Notes under the pieces: model-generated
What the model was told of the DNA's origin: nothing
The model's database searches: none
Seen by the model: the letters and a program-made list of their open reading frames with translations, nothing else
In this document: piece by piece, positions 1 to 9,521 of the stretch
Position numbering within the stretch: the stretch's first letter is position 1
Layout: every line of letters starts with the position of its first letter
Translations under genes and position numbers: made by a program
Origin: an uncultured virus (IMG/VR IMGVR_UViG_2879039326_000005)
Taxonomy: Duplodnaviria > Heunggongvirae > Uroviricota > Caudoviricetes
Direction: 5' to 3' (one strand)
Virus record (IMG/VR): IMGVR_UViG_2879039326_000005
Length of the DNA stretch: 64,000 nt

Positions 1-993
1 CGCCTTGACCAGGTTCTCGGCGCCCGCCTTGAGCGCGGTCCGCTGCTCGGCGGTGAGGTTGGCTTGTGGCCACAGTGCAAGGGTGAGGCTGTGCTGGGTC
101 TCTGGCATGGCCATCACGAACAGGTCATCGCCGTGGCCATGGTTACCCTGGCGGCCCACGTAGTCGTTGAGCTGCTCAATCAGGCTGGCCGGTGTGGCGC
201 CCACCTCCAGCAGAACGTAGGCATTGGCGGTGCCCGGACCCCGCGGGGCCTCGTGCTCGAAGAAGATGTGGTCGGCCCGAATGCCGGCGACGCTCGCCAG
301 CATGGAGCGGTAAATCGCATCGATGTGATAACGCCCCACCGCCGAAAACTGGTTCTGGATGCGCAGGCCCAGGGCGTCATTGCCCTCGGCGTCTGCGCCC
401 TGGGTGGTGATCCACTCCTTGTCATCGTTGCGGGCCGACAGAATGCCGGTGACCGGTTCGCTCAGCAGGTTGTAATAGCCGGGCGCCAGATTCCAGGCGC
501 TGCCGGCGAACTCCGCCTCGCAGACCACCCGGGCCACGGCTTCGCCGGCCGGGCTCACTACCGCCTGCAGGGGTTTGAGGCGATAGATGGTGCCGTTGAT
601 GCGTTCGGTGGCTACCCAGATATCGGCCGGAATGGTGGCAGCTTCGCTGGGGTTGGCTTTGACGAAGTTGACCAGGCCCCGGGTGGTCTGGGCGGCCTTG
701 CGGGTCAAGTCCACATCCCAGGCTTTGAGGTCGAGATAGGCATCGGTGGCGGTGGCTGCGAAGGTGTTGGGCAGCACATGGCCGGCCAAGAGCGTGCGGA
801 TAAGCCAGAGCGCCGGGGTGATGACCACCCCGCGCACCAGCCGCCAGAACGGGCTCACGTCGCTGTCATTGGTGATGAGGGAGCCGGCGGCCACCACCTC
901 CTTTTTGAGCTCGGCCTCCATGGCCTGCTCGGTGGTCGGGACGCCGGTCTCGGCCAGCAGGGCCATAAAGTCCACGGTCGGGCGCAGGTTCAC
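1..993 (-). CDS. Baseplate J-like protein (3' end outside window)
   Basis: GTG at 993 overlapping the upstream TGA; reads MNLRPTVDFMALLAETGVPTT...; position after the gpW-like gene. Confidence 0.8.
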   Translation of the reverse strand, partial: MNLRPTVDFMALLAETGVPTTEQAMEAELKKEVVAAGSLITNDSDVSPFWRLVRGVVITPALWLIRTLLAGHVLPNTFAATATDAYLDLKAWDVDLTRKAAQTTRGLVNFVKANPSEAATIPADIWVATERINGTIYRLKPLQAVVSPAGEAVARVVCEAEFAGSAWNLAPGYYNLLSEPVTGILSARNDDKEWITTQGADAEGNDALGLRIQNQFSAVGRYHIDAIYRSMLASVAGIRADHIFFEHEAPRGPGTANAYVLLEVGATPASLIEQLNDYVGRQGNHGHGDDLFVMAMPETQHSLTLALWPQANLTAEQRTALKAGAENLVKA

Positions 994-1328
994 AGGGTTA
1001 CCTCCAGTTCGCCGAATTCATAGGTGCGAGCGGTGACCAGCACCCGGTCGGGGGCCTCTTCACGGATGAGGATGGTGCCGGGCACCAGCCGCTCGTCGTC
1101 TTCTACCAGCAGTTCAATCTCGGTCATCACGTCGCTGCGCAGGGTCGGGCTGCGCTCGCCGATGAGCTTGCGGGCGAGCCCCGACTCCATGATGCGGTGC
1201 TTGATGTCCTGACCGATGCTGTGGCGGTCCTGGGTGTAGCGCGGCTGGCCGCCGGCATCGAGTTGCCAGGCGCCATTGACCACCAGGAGATCGATGTACT
1301 TAGGGTCGCGGATCAGGGGGGCGCTCAT
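990..1328 (-). CDS. DUF2590-family baseplate protein (gpW-like)
   Basis: MSAPLIRDPKYIDLL...SIGQDIKHRIMESGL; ATG overlaps the tape-measure stop. Confidence 0.8.
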   Translation of the reverse strand: MSAPLIRDPKYIDLLVVNGAWQLDAGGQPRYTQDRHSIGQDIKHRIMESGLARKLIGERSPTLRSDVMTEIELLVEDDERLVPGTILIREEAPDRVLVTARTYEFGELEVTL

Positions 1329-3379
1329 CACTTGGTCTCCAGCCAGGCGTTCTCGGCCATCTGTTCCGGGGTCATGGGGTTTTGGTTGTGCATGTGCACC
1401 TCGCCGATGTGCAGGGCCTTGGTTGGCTTCTGGTTGGTTGAGCTGGCCGCGGCGTTGGCCTGGATCAGTTGTTGGCCCAGGCCACCCGCTGGCACTGCGC
1501 TCTGGTCTTGCTGGCGGTAGCTCGCGAGCGGGGCGTTGATGCGCTCCGTCTGCGGTTGGGCCAGCAGTTGGGCGCTCATGGGCAGGCTCAGATCCGGCAT
1601 CACCAGCTTGCTGGTGTCGATGTCGATGCCCGGGATCATCCCCATCAGGTCGAGGGCGTAGCGAATGGCTTTGATGATCCACTGCCAGGGGGTGAGCAGG
1701 GCCTCAAACACGGCGCCGAGGACAGTGCCCAGGCGCCGGCCGGCATCGGTCACGCTATCGACCCCGAGGCTGGCCTGCTCGGTGGCACCGAAGAAGGAAC
1801 CGAGCCAGTCCCAGGCTTGGCCGAGCAAGGTCACGATGATCCCCAAGGTGTCAGCAATGGGGACCAGCGCCTGTGAGGCGAGGGGGCCGAATGTCTCAGC
1901 CAGCCCACTGAAGAAGGCGCCCAGCAGCTCAAAGCTGGTCAGCACCGAGAAGGCGGCATAGAGCTCGTCCCAGTAGACGATGGCCAGCGCCACGGCGGCG
2001 ACCAGGGCGAGGATACCGCCCACGATCAGCAGCACCGGGTTGGCGTACATGGCGAGGTTGACCAGCAACACCGTGGTGCGCATCAGCGCCATGGCGCCCC
2101 GCAGCAGCTTGAGCGGGGCGAGCAGCCCCATCATGACGATGCCCCAGCCCAGGGTCACCAGCTTGGCCAGGCCCGCCAGCAGCAACCAGACACCGGTGAC
2201 CATGCCGAGCCCGACGATGGCCAGGGTGGCGTAACTGACTGCCTTGGTCAGGTGTGGAAACAGGCGGGCCCAGCGCAGCACGGTATCCGCGCCATCGGCA
2301 AAGGCACCCACTACCTGGTTGATGGCAGGCAGTACCGCCCCGAACGCGGCGGCCCGAATAGCAAACCAGGCCGACTCGACCCGCTGCCACTGGTCGGTCA
2401 TGGCGGCTGCCATCTGCTCGGCCTTGCCCATGCCGTGGGTGTTACCCAGGGCATTGATGCTGTTGGCCAGCCCCTTGGTGTTGCTCATCAGGAGCTTGAT
2501 CATCGACACCGCTTCATCGGAGCCAAACGCCTTTTTCAGCTCATCACTGCCGGCAATGGTCAGGGTCTCGCCATAACGTGCTTTGAGCTTATCCAGCACG
2601 TCGAGCACCGGCAGCATGTTGCCCGCCGAGTCGGTGAACTGCAGGCCAAGCGCCTTTTGGGCGCTGCCAATCCCGGACAGAAACGACTTGAACTTGGTAC
2701 CGGCTTCGCCGCCGCCCATAGTGGCTTGCAGGTGGCCGAGCACGGCGAACTGCTCATCCATCGAGATCCCGGCGGCAGTGGCGTTGGCGCCAATGCCCTT
2801 GAAGGCGTCAGTCATGCCCTGGCCAGTGGTTTTGAACATCTGCACCGCGGTGGCGGTTTTGCCGGCCACATCCTCTACCCAGGTGGCCTTGCCCATCCGC
2901 TTGGCCTGCTGCTCGAAGATGCCGTACATGGTGCCCATGTAGTTGGTGATGGTGGCAGTGTCGGCTTTGGTGGCCTTGGCCAGCACGCCGGAGGCGCGGG
3001 CAAAGGCGGGCAGCTCGTTACCCTCAAGCCCGGCGATGGCGGATTGAATATCGTAAGAGGCACGCACGAACTCACTGGCAGAGGCGCCATAGTCCACCGA
3101 GAACCGCAGCGCGGTATCGGAGAGCTGCTTGAGGGTCTTCTCATGGACATCGAGCGAGGCCACTTCGGCCAGCGCCCGATCCATTTCGATAGCCGGGCCC
3201 AGCACGTTCTGGATCGCCATGGCACCAGCCACCACTGTGGTGGTCCCCATGGCCATGTTGGTCCACCCCTGCCGACCGGCTTTGCTGATCTGGTCGATCT
3301 GGGTGTTGATGCCCGCCAGCGGCTTGGTGGCATTGTCCACCAGTGCCACCTGCATCATCAGTTTTTCCATCCAGGCCAT
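1328..3379 (-). CDS. Tail tape measure protein
   Basis: 683 aa, Ala/Gly-rich with hydrophobic C-terminal half; follows the chaperone genes. Confidence 0.9.
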   Translation of the reverse strand: MAWMEKLMMQVALVDNATKPLAGINTQIDQISKAGRQGWTNMAMGTTTVVAGAMAIQNVLGPAIEMDRALAEVASLDVHEKTLKQLSDTALRFSVDYGASASEFVRASYDIQSAIAGLEGNELPAFARASGVLAKATKADTATITNYMGTMYGIFEQQAKRMGKATWVEDVAGKTATAVQMFKTTGQGMTDAFKGIGANATAAGISMDEQFAVLGHLQATMGGGEAGTKFKSFLSGIGSAQKALGLQFTDSAGNMLPVLDVLDKLKARYGETLTIAGSDELKKAFGSDEAVSMIKLLMSNTKGLANSINALGNTHGMGKAEQMAAAMTDQWQRVESAWFAIRAAAFGAVLPAINQVVGAFADGADTVLRWARLFPHLTKAVSYATLAIVGLGMVTGVWLLLAGLAKLVTLGWGIVMMGLLAPLKLLRGAMALMRTTVLLVNLAMYANPVLLIVGGILALVAAVALAIVYWDELYAAFSVLTSFELLGAFFSGLAETFGPLASQALVPIADTLGIIVTLLGQAWDWLGSFFGATEQASLGVDSVTDAGRRLGTVLGAVFEALLTPWQWIIKAIRYALDLMGMIPGIDIDTSKLVMPDLSLPMSAQLLAQPQTERINAPLASYRQQDQSAVPAGGLGQQLIQANAAASSTNQKPTKALHIGEVHMHNQNPMTPEQMAENAWLETK

Positions 3380-3388
3380 AGGGGTCTC

Positions 3389-3584
3389 TTATCCGTTGAA
3401 GGCTTTCGCTATCCCCTGCGCGACGGCAAAGGCGAGCGTGTCCCGGGCGTGCTTATCAAACCAGAGGGCGCGGGCCAGGCTGTCGAGGTCATCCTCTTCA
3501 TGGGGCAGGTAGTGGCGCCGCAGCGCCAGTACCTGTTCCAGCTGGTTGTGCTCGATGGCCTCGGCGCGCCCGGTCAGTTTTTTA
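3389..3584 (-). CDS. C-terminal extension of tail assembly chaperone (GT-like, made by -1 frameshift)
   Basis: Open -1 frame KLTGRAEAIEHNQLEQVLALRRHYLP...AFNG* following the slippery heptamer A AAA AAC. Confidence 0.75.
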
Positions 3585-3837
3585 CGGTGATATCCAGCGC
3601 CGGCGCGAACTCCTCGTTGACCTTGGCGGTCAGCTGNAAGGCGGCGCCTGGCAGGGCGAGCAGGTCGCTCAGGGCNTCTTTGTGCTCGGNGNNGANAATC
3701 TTGCGCAGGTAGTTGTGNGCCGGNGCCACCTTGTCGTTCATGGCCAGGTCGTTGATGTAGCTGTTGTAGGCCACCAGGGTGGGCTCAAAGCAGATGTCGG
3801 TGCCGGCNATGGTCAGGGTGATGGTTTGCTTGCTCAT
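3574..3837 (-). CDS. Tail assembly chaperone (G-like)
   Basis: 87 aa upstream of the tape measure; ends GTA AAA AAC TGA. Confidence 0.8.
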   Translation of the reverse strand: MSKQTITLTXAGTDICFEPTLVAYNSYINDLAMNDKVXPXHNYLRKIXXXEHKXALSDLLALPGAAXQLTAKVNEEFAPALDITVKN

Positions 3838-4160
3838 GGGGTGGTTTCCTCTTGGGTTATCCAGTCGTTTAGGGTGTCGAGTTGGGTTTGGCAGCGGCGC
3901 AGTGCGCCCTGCAGGGTGGGGATAAAGGCCACGGCCTCGCCCCAGGTAGTGCCGTTAAATTCAGGTTCCGGGCAGTGGGGCACCAGCCCCGGCGGTGGCA
4001 GGCGTTTCACCACNTGNGTNTGCACCACGGCCCTTGGCTGGCTGGAGCAGGCGCANAGCGCCAACAGGCAGAGGCTCGCGAGCNCAATCCGGGCGGCCCG
4101 CCGGCGGTGTGGCCAGGGCGTGTTGCAGGTCATCGGCAGTCTTCCTCTGTTGTTGGTCAA
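3834..4160 (-). CDS. Outer-membrane spanin (Rz1/LysC-like lipoprotein); true start probably downstream
   Basis: Lipobox-like LCLLAxCACSS, Pro-rich; overlaps the i-spanin. Confidence 0.7.
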   Translation of the reverse strand: MTNNRGRLPMTCNTPWPHRRRAARIXLASLCLLAXCACSSQPRAVVXXXVVKRLPPPGLVPHCPEPEFNGTTWGEAVAFIPTLQGALRRCQTQLDTLNDWITQEETTP

Positions 4161-4395
4161 GCTCGGTCAGGGCGGCGTTCTGGTGGGTGAGCAGCTTGCG
4201 CAGCCCAATCTCTTCGCGCTGCAGCGTCTTGAACTCGGTGGCCATCTGGTCGTTGGCGCTCTGCAGGGTGGTGATGGTCTCGTTGGCGGTGGCCAGCTCC
4301 AGGGTGCGCAGGGTGAGCCGTTCGCCCTGGACATACAGCACAGTGCCAATCACCAGCCCGATAAGGGCCGGCAACAGCCGGATGAACGTGCTCAC
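3961..4395 (-). CDS. Inner-membrane spanin (Rz/LysB-like)
   Basis: N-terminal TM segment followed by coiled coil; GTG overlaps the endolysin stop. Confidence 0.75.
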   Translation of the reverse strand: MSTFIRLLPALIGLVIGTVLYVQGERLTLRTLELATANETITTLQSANDQMATEFKTLQREEIGLRKLLTHQNAALTELDQQQRKTADDLQHALATPPAGRPDXAREPLPVGAXRLLQPAKGRGAXXXGETPATAGAGAPLPGT

Positions 4396-4853
4396 GCCAG
4401 TACCCCGCCGAACTCGGTGAACTTGGCCAGCAGGTCGGCGAGCCGATGCTCGCGCTGGCCATAGCCGGCGCCAGGCAGGCTGGCCCAAATGTTGGCGCAC
4501 TTAGGCACCGCCTGGGCAATGCGGCCATCGACCACATCGGCCAGCGCTTTGCGCTCGCGGATGAGCTGAATGGCCCAGGTGTCTTGCGACTCGGGGCCAA
4601 AGTCCGGCAGGCCGAGCTGGTCACGGTAGTGGGGCCAGTGTTTGGACAGGAACTGATAGCGCCCGGCGGCGGTGCTGACCAGGCGCGGGTTCACCTGCAC
4701 TTTGACGTTCGGGTGGGTGCGGTAGTCGGTGAACAAACCCGCCGGATTGACCAGCTTGTTGTACCCGTCATCGCCCCGGCCCTTGGTGCCCTCCGCATAG
4801 GCGAGCAGGTCGAGAAAGGCGGCCATTTGTGGGTGGCAGTTACTGCGCGGCAT
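4392..4853 (-). CDS. Endolysin, lambda R-like lytic transglycosylase
   Basis: AFLDLLAYAEGT, STAAGRYQFL, WASLPGAGYGQ motifs. Confidence 0.92.
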   Translation of the reverse strand: MPRSNCHPQMAAFLDLLAYAEGTKGRGDDGYNKLVNPAGLFTDYRTHPNVKVQVNPRLVSTAAGRYQFLSKHWPHYRDQLGLPDFGPESQDTWAIQLIRERKALADVVDGRIAQAVPKCANIWASLPGAGYGQREHRLADLLAKFTEFGGVLA

Positions 4854-5175
4854 CGTTGCCACCTTTGGTATTGATGAGCCGGGTGGCTTTGTCTCGCAGG
4901 ATGTCGATCCCGATAAGGCCCACCACACCACCCAGGAACGGGGTCGCCTCTGGCGGGATCCCGAGTAATTGGGTGCCGGTGGCCGCGGCCAACGTGATAA
5001 GCCCGCACAGCAGGGATTCGATCAGTCGGCGACGGCCCCGCCCGCCGGTGTAGGTNATGCGCAGGAAGGCGATGGCCAGCGCCAGCAGTGCCCCATAGAC
5101 GGCGGGCCAGTTGTCCATCAGCCAGGCCAGAATGGCGGCGCCGATGATGGGGTCTTTGTTTGGCATAGGGTTCAT
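4840..5175 (-). CDS. Holin, lambda S-like family
   Basis: 111 aa, three hydrophobic segments, basic C-terminus; directly upstream of the endolysin. Confidence 0.85.
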   Translation of the reverse strand: MNPMPNKDPIIGAAILAWLMDNWPAVYGALLALAIAFLRXTYTGGRGRRRLIESLLCGLITLAAATGTQLLGIPPEATPFLGGVVGLIGIDILRDKATRLINTKGGNDAAQ

Positions 5176-5189
5176 GTCCGTTGCTCGGG

Positions 5190-5399
5190 TTAGCGGGCCA
5201 GCTGCTCAATGCGGGTTTGGCAGGGNACGCACAGGCGCACCCCCGGCACATGGTGGCGACGNGCCTCGGGGATCGGGTCGTCGCACTCCTCGCAGTGATG
5301 CAGGCTCATGCCCTGGTAGTGCCCCTTGCCCACCTGGCGGGCCAGATTGGTGGTCAGCATGCGGGCGGCGTGTTGGTTGGCGCGGTCGATATCGTCCAC
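5190..5399 (-). CDS. TraR/DksA C4-type zinc-finger protein
   Basis: MDDIDRA...CEECDDPIPExRR...CxPCQ. Confidence 0.88.
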   Translation of the reverse strand: MDDIDRANQHAARMLTTNLARQVGKGHYQGMSLHHCEECDDPIPEXRRHHVPGVRLCXPCQTRIEQLAR

Positions 5400-5408
5400 A
5401 GAGCCTCC

Positions 5409-5864
5409 TTAACCCAGCAGGTGGCGGGTGTCGTCCTTGGAGAGGTACGGCACGCCATTGAGGTGAACAAAATCGGGGGANGTCACAAANCCTTTCACCT
5501 TGTGCACGCTCTTGCTGCCGCCNTTGGGATCGATGTCGAGCAAGTCAGAGACCANNAGCTTCACGCCAAAGGCNTCCACCTTCATCTGCTCGCTGCCGGT
5601 GTCGGCGTAGAACAGCACATCGTCNGGCTCCATCCCGCGCCAGCTGCCGGCCCGTTTGGCNGCNTCGGCCAGCAGCTTGAGGTTCTTGGTNTCGAGCTCG
5701 AANTCGAGCTCCGCCGAGACGTCCCCATCCACATAGCCATCCGGGACGCCTCGGGTCTGGGCCACGGCGCTGTTGTCGGTGATNGANAGGCTGGCCTTTT
5801 CAACGTGGACCATGGCCCCCATCAGGGTGGTATCAAAGCTGGTACCGGAAACACGACGGGTCAT
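5409..5864 (-). CDS. Tail tube protein (DUF2597-like)
   Basis: 151 aa downstream of the sheath; HP1/K139-type sequence. Confidence 0.8.
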   Translation of the reverse strand: MTRRVSGTSFDTTLMGAMVHVEKASXXITDNSAVAQTRGVPDGYVDGDVSAELXFELXTKNLKLLAXXAKRAGSWRGMEXDDVLFYADTGSEQMKVXAFGVKXXVSDLLDIDPXGGSKSVHKVKXFVXSPDFVHLNGVPYLSKDDTRHLLG

Positions 5865-5867
5865 TGC

Positions 5868-7004
5868 TTAGCCCTCCCCGTTGTTGAGGCTCAAATCGAG
5901 CATGATGTTGACGGTGATCCCCTTGGGGCAGTCCACGGTGCGCACCACCACATAGACAGAGACCAAGTTCTTGGCAATCCACTGGATGCTGATGTCGCCA
6001 TCNTNGGGGGAGGCGATGTCGCCGGGGAACGGCTGGCCATTGATGGTGGCGGCCTTGGCCATCTCGCGCAGGTCCTTGCCAAAGTAGGTCACCGCGGCGG
6101 CGGTGCTGCCNGGGGTGGAGTTGAACGAGCGATCCCCGATGCGGGCGATGGCACGAATACGGATCCGGCGCGCCACCTTGTAGGCGACCCGCAGGTTCTC
6201 GATCNCCTGGTAGTCGCCGCCCTCGGCATCGAGCTGGCGGCCATCAGCCCAATAGATGCCGTCATAGTCCGGGTACCACATCGGCACCGAGTAGCGGCTC
6301 TTCTCCAGGGTCTGCAGGGTGGCCAGCGGCAGCGGGATCCCGTCCTTGTCCACCGGCTTGTTGNCAAGGCCGACNAGGGCGCCGGTCTTCACCCGGCAGG
6401 GGCTGTCGGCGATGCTCACCGCCCGGTTGCACAGGCGGCCCGCATAGGCGCCGATGAGGTTGGGCCAAAGCTGTGGCACCAGGCCAACCGAATCGGCCTT
6501 GATGCCATCTTGCAAGGCAGCCANGGCGGCCTCGTACTCGCTCCAGTCTTGGGCGGTAGCGTTTTTGCCGGCGGCCTTGGCGACAATGCCGGGGACGGCC
6601 AGCAGCATGAACTGCCAGCGCCCCCANTTGGCGATCAGCTCCTGGTTGAGGGCGTGGGCNGCGTTGATGCTCACCTGATCCCACACCTGACCCAGNACCA
6701 GGANGCCTTCAAAGGACTGGGTCTGCTGCGCCTCGCGGGCGGCATCGAGCCAGGGCTTGTCGGTGGGCAGCACNTANGCGGCNGCGGTCCAGTTCTGGCC
6801 GGCGTTATCGCGGGCGGCCAGCAGGTTGGCCTTGAGCTCGCTGTCACCGNTTCCCAGCAACTGGTCGAGGTCTGACTGGGTGTTGAGGGAGAGCAGCTTG
6901 CCGGTGTTNCTGGCGGNGCTNCCGATGAACAGCAGGTGGCGCTCGACTTCGGTCACGGGCCCCTGCATCTGGTTTAAGTTGTTGATCTGTACATAAGGCC
7001 ACAT
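5868..7004 (-). CDS. Tail sheath protein (DUF2586-like)
   Basis: MWPYVQINNLNQMQG...; 378 aa, HP1/K139-type. Confidence 0.85.
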   Translation of the reverse strand: MWPYVQINNLNQMQGPVTEVERHLLFIXSXAXNTGKLLSLNTQSDLDQLLGXGDSELKANLLAARDNAGQNWTXAXXVLPTDKPWLDAAREAQQTQSFEGXLXLGQVWDQVSINXAHALNQELIAXWGRWQFMLLAVPGIVAKAAGKNATAQDWSEYEAAXAALQDGIKADSVGLVPQLWPNLIGAYAGRLCNRAVSIADSPCRVKTGAXVGLXNKPVDKDGIPLPLATLQTLEKSRYSVPMWYPDYDGIYWADGRQLDAEGGDYQXIENLRVAYKVARRIRIRAIARIGDRSFNSTXGSTAAAVTYFGKDLREMAKAATINGQPFPGDIASPXDGDISIQWIAKNLVSVYVVVRTVDCPKGITVNIMLDLSLNNGEG

Positions 7005-7008
7005 GGCG

Positions 7009-7695
7009 TTAGTTCCCCTTCAGGTCTTGTTTGTTGACGTCCCAGCCGTAGTCGATGCTCTGCAGGGCGCGGGCAAAGGCTTGTTCCCGCTGCCGGGTGT
7101 TGGCGCCNAGNAACGGGCGGGCAGGGAGCTTTATCTCCCAGCGCTCTTTCACCGGTTCATCCTTGAGCTTCTTGATGAGCAGGCCGGCCTGGGCGTAGTT
7201 GAGGCTGCTGGTGATCCAGCCGAGCGAGGCNGAGCGGTATGAGCGCTTGCGCTTGCCCGGGCGTTTGAACCCCAACTCCCGCAGCTTGCGGGCCTGNGCC
7301 TTGGTNGCCGGCTTGTTCTTGCNGCCTTCACTGGGCGCAATGCGGCGCCGGCTGGCNGCGCTCACCTGGTAGGTGTGCCCCTTCTGGTGGGTGTTGGCGA
7401 TAACCCCAGCGTGGGCACTCATGGGGCCTTTCTTNAAGCCCACTTCNGCCACGTCCTGGCGGGGGGCGTGGATCTCCAACAGCTTGGGCAGGCCGCGCAG
7501 CATCTTGCGCTTGCCCCGTTTGCGCGGAGCCCAGGCACTGCCGTTGGGGTCTTGCTGTTGGCGNACGTGACGGGCGGCCAGCTTCTTGAGCTCAGCCGCT
7601 GCCCGCCACACCAGGCGCTTGCGCTGCTTGGGCGACAGGGCCAGCAGCTTGAGCTGCTCCTGGGTNCGGCGACTGTCNAGGGTGATGCTGATCAT
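7009..7695 (-). CDS. Virion morphogenesis / tail completion protein (gpS-like)
   Basis: QQDPNGSAWAPRK and LPARPxxG motifs. Confidence 0.8.
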   Translation of the reverse strand: MISITXDSRXTQEQLKLLALSPKQRKRLVWRAAAELKKLAARHXRQQQDPNGSAWAPRKRGKRKMLRGLPKLLEIHAPRQDVXEVGXKKGPMSAHAGVIANTHQKGHTYQVSXASRRRIAPSEGXKNKPXTKXQARKLRELGFKRPGKRKRSYRXASLGWITSSLNYAQAGLLIKKLKDEPVKERWEIKLPARPXXGANTRQREQAFARALQSIDYGWDVNKQDLKGN

Positions 7696-7697
7696 GC

Positions 7698-8216
7698 TTA
7701 GGCCCCGACACTGTGGTGGCCGGTGTTCCCCACATTCAGGTCAATCTGCTCGGCGACCCAAATGTCATAGGGGGCCACGTTCCAGNGCTTGCCGAGCCAG
7801 TTGATGGGNCCTTGCGGGTGCTCCACCAGGCGCAGNGGNTCGGTNAAGGGGAGCTGGATCTCAAGGTCAGCCGTNTTNTCATCGTTNGGGGTGACGGCGT
7901 ATTCGGGATCGGGCAGCGCAAACTGCTCGCGGACTGCGTCATGCTCCTGCACCCAGGCGGCGACAGCGGCCAGCACAATGGCGGGATCCAGCTCGCGAAA
8001 CGGCAGNTGCTCGATGGTGAACACCGCCTGATAGGTGAGCCAGGCCACGTCAACCCCGGTGGGGCCCATGTTTTTGGGCTCCAGCCGGATGGTGCCGTTC
8101 TCCATCCAGCTATCCAGGTGGGTGTGGCACTTGGCCGGCAGCACCCGCAGCAGCTCAGCGTGGAGCGCTTGCAGGAAGTAGCCTTGGGCCTGTTGCTCGT
8201 GCAGATCGTGACTCAT
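7698..8216 (-). CDS. Tail completion protein (gpR-like)
   Basis: Position between gpL and gpS; LAAVAAWVQE motif. Confidence 0.7.
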   Translation of the reverse strand: MSHDLHEQQAQGYFLQALHAELLRVLPAKCHTHLDSWMENGTIRLEPKNMGPTGVDVAWLTYQAVFTIEXLPFRELDPAIVLAAVAAWVQEHDAVREQFALPDPEYAVTXNDXXTADLEIQLPXTXXLRLVEHPQXPINWLGKXWNVAPYDIWVAEQIDLNVGNTGHHSVGA

Positions 8217-8674
8217 ATCAGCGAGACCCCCGTCCTGTGCTTGCCCTTGATGCTGCGCACCCGTTGCTGACTCTCGGCCAGTAGCTGGGCGCGTTGGTCT
8301 GGCGATCGCTCCAGCTGGTTGTTGGCGGTGGCCCGCTCGGTGACGCTGGCGAATTCGGGCAGCAGCGCCGCCTTGGCACGGGCAAACACCGCGGCCAGGT
8401 ACTGCTCGGTCAGTGCATTGCTGCCGCCTTCCAGACTGGGCCCGGGGACCTCGGCAGCGGTGGCATAGCCCTTGGCCTGCAGCGCGGCCTGATGAGTCGC
8501 GAGCTGCAGGTTGATTTCAGAGATGGCGGCCAGCAGGGCGGCGCCGGTGGTCTGGGCATCCAGATCGGCAGGCAGGGCACGGCGGCGCTCAAAATCGGCC
8601 ACGGCCACATCCGGCCAGAACCCGTCATTGCGGATAGTGGCGGCGCTGTAGTCGACGTTCTTGCCTGCAAACAT
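8213..8674 (-). CDS. Head completion/stabilization protein (gpL)
   Basis: IRNDGFWPD and YLAAVFARAKA motifs. Confidence 0.85.
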   Translation of the reverse strand: MFAGKNVDYSAATIRNDGFWPDVAVADFERRRALPADLDAQTTGAALLAAISEINLQLATHQAALQAKGYATAAEVPGPSLEGGSNALTEQYLAAVFARAKAALLPEFASVTERATANNQLERSPDQRAQLLAESQQRVRSIKGKHRTGVSLI

Positions 8675-8789
8675 GGCGTGCCTCGCTGGTTGGTTGAAAT
8701 GGAGCACCCCTGAAGCCACGCAATTGCCGCTGGGTTAGCCAGAGGCTGCCCATGGCATTCGCGCCGGGGTGCGGTGGCGCGGATAGTCG

Positions 8790-9518
8790 TTATTGCTCTG
8801 GGTTAAGCACCCGCAGGCGCATAGCAATCTTTTGGCGCAAGGTGCCGACGCCCACCTTGCCGTGCAGCTGGTCGGCCTGGGCCAGCCAGTGATCGGCTTG
8901 CTCCAGGGTGGCGCTGTCGCCCACTGCGCTGGGGCGGGGTTGGCCGTCATGGTCACGCAGCAGCAGACAACCTGCCGCCTTGAACCACTTGGCGGTCAGC
9001 CGTTCGTTGAGGCGCCAGTCATTGCGCACCTTGTCGAACACCCGGGAGAACCAGGGCTCGACGGCATGACCTTCGGCCGCTTGCTTCTCGGCCCACTCCA
9101 GCACTGTGTCAGCCACAAAGTGGGCCCAGTCACGCTTGATGTTGTTCGGGGTGCGCTGGCCCTGGGCAATGGCGAGCTCTGCCCAGGCAATGCCTGCATC
9201 AAAGTCCCCGACGTCAAAGGCCCAGATGATGAGGCGCTGAAACAGCTCGTTCTGGTAGGGCTGGCCCGACTCCGCGACCGCTGCCAGATAGCGCGCCACA
9301 TAGGGGCGGTACTTGGGCATCAGCTCATCGCGTTTCATGTTCACCCGATCCCCAATGCGCGCCAGCTTGCGCAGCCGCACGATGTCCTGCTCCAGGGCAA
9401 TCATCTGCAGGTGCAGGCTGTCCGCCACCGCGCCGNTGGCCATGCCNGAGCTGGCGGNTTGCTGCGCCCCTTGCATGGCTTGCACGCGTTGCTTGTGACG
9501 TTGACCGGGTGAGCTCAT
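8790..9518 (-). CDS. Terminase endonuclease subunit (gpM)
   Basis: MSSPGQRHK...IWAFDVGDF...KVGV. Confidence 0.88.
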   Translation of the reverse strand: MSSPGQRHKQRVQAMQGAQQXASXGMAXGAVADSLHLQMIALEQDIVRLRKLARIGDRVNMKRDELMPKYRPYVARYLAAVAESGQPYQNELFQRLIIWAFDVGDFDAGIAWAELAIAQGQRTPNNIKRDWAHFVADTVLEWAEKQAAEGHAVEPWFSRVFDKVRNDWRLNERLTAKWFKAAGCLLLRDHDGQPRPSAVGDSATLEQADHWLAQADQLHGKVGVGTLRQKIAMRLRVLNPEQ

Positions 9519-9521
9519 GGC

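Noticed and set aside
5164..5175. Holin dual-start motif (MNPM)
   Set aside because: No charged residue between the two Met codons as in lambda S; unsupported.
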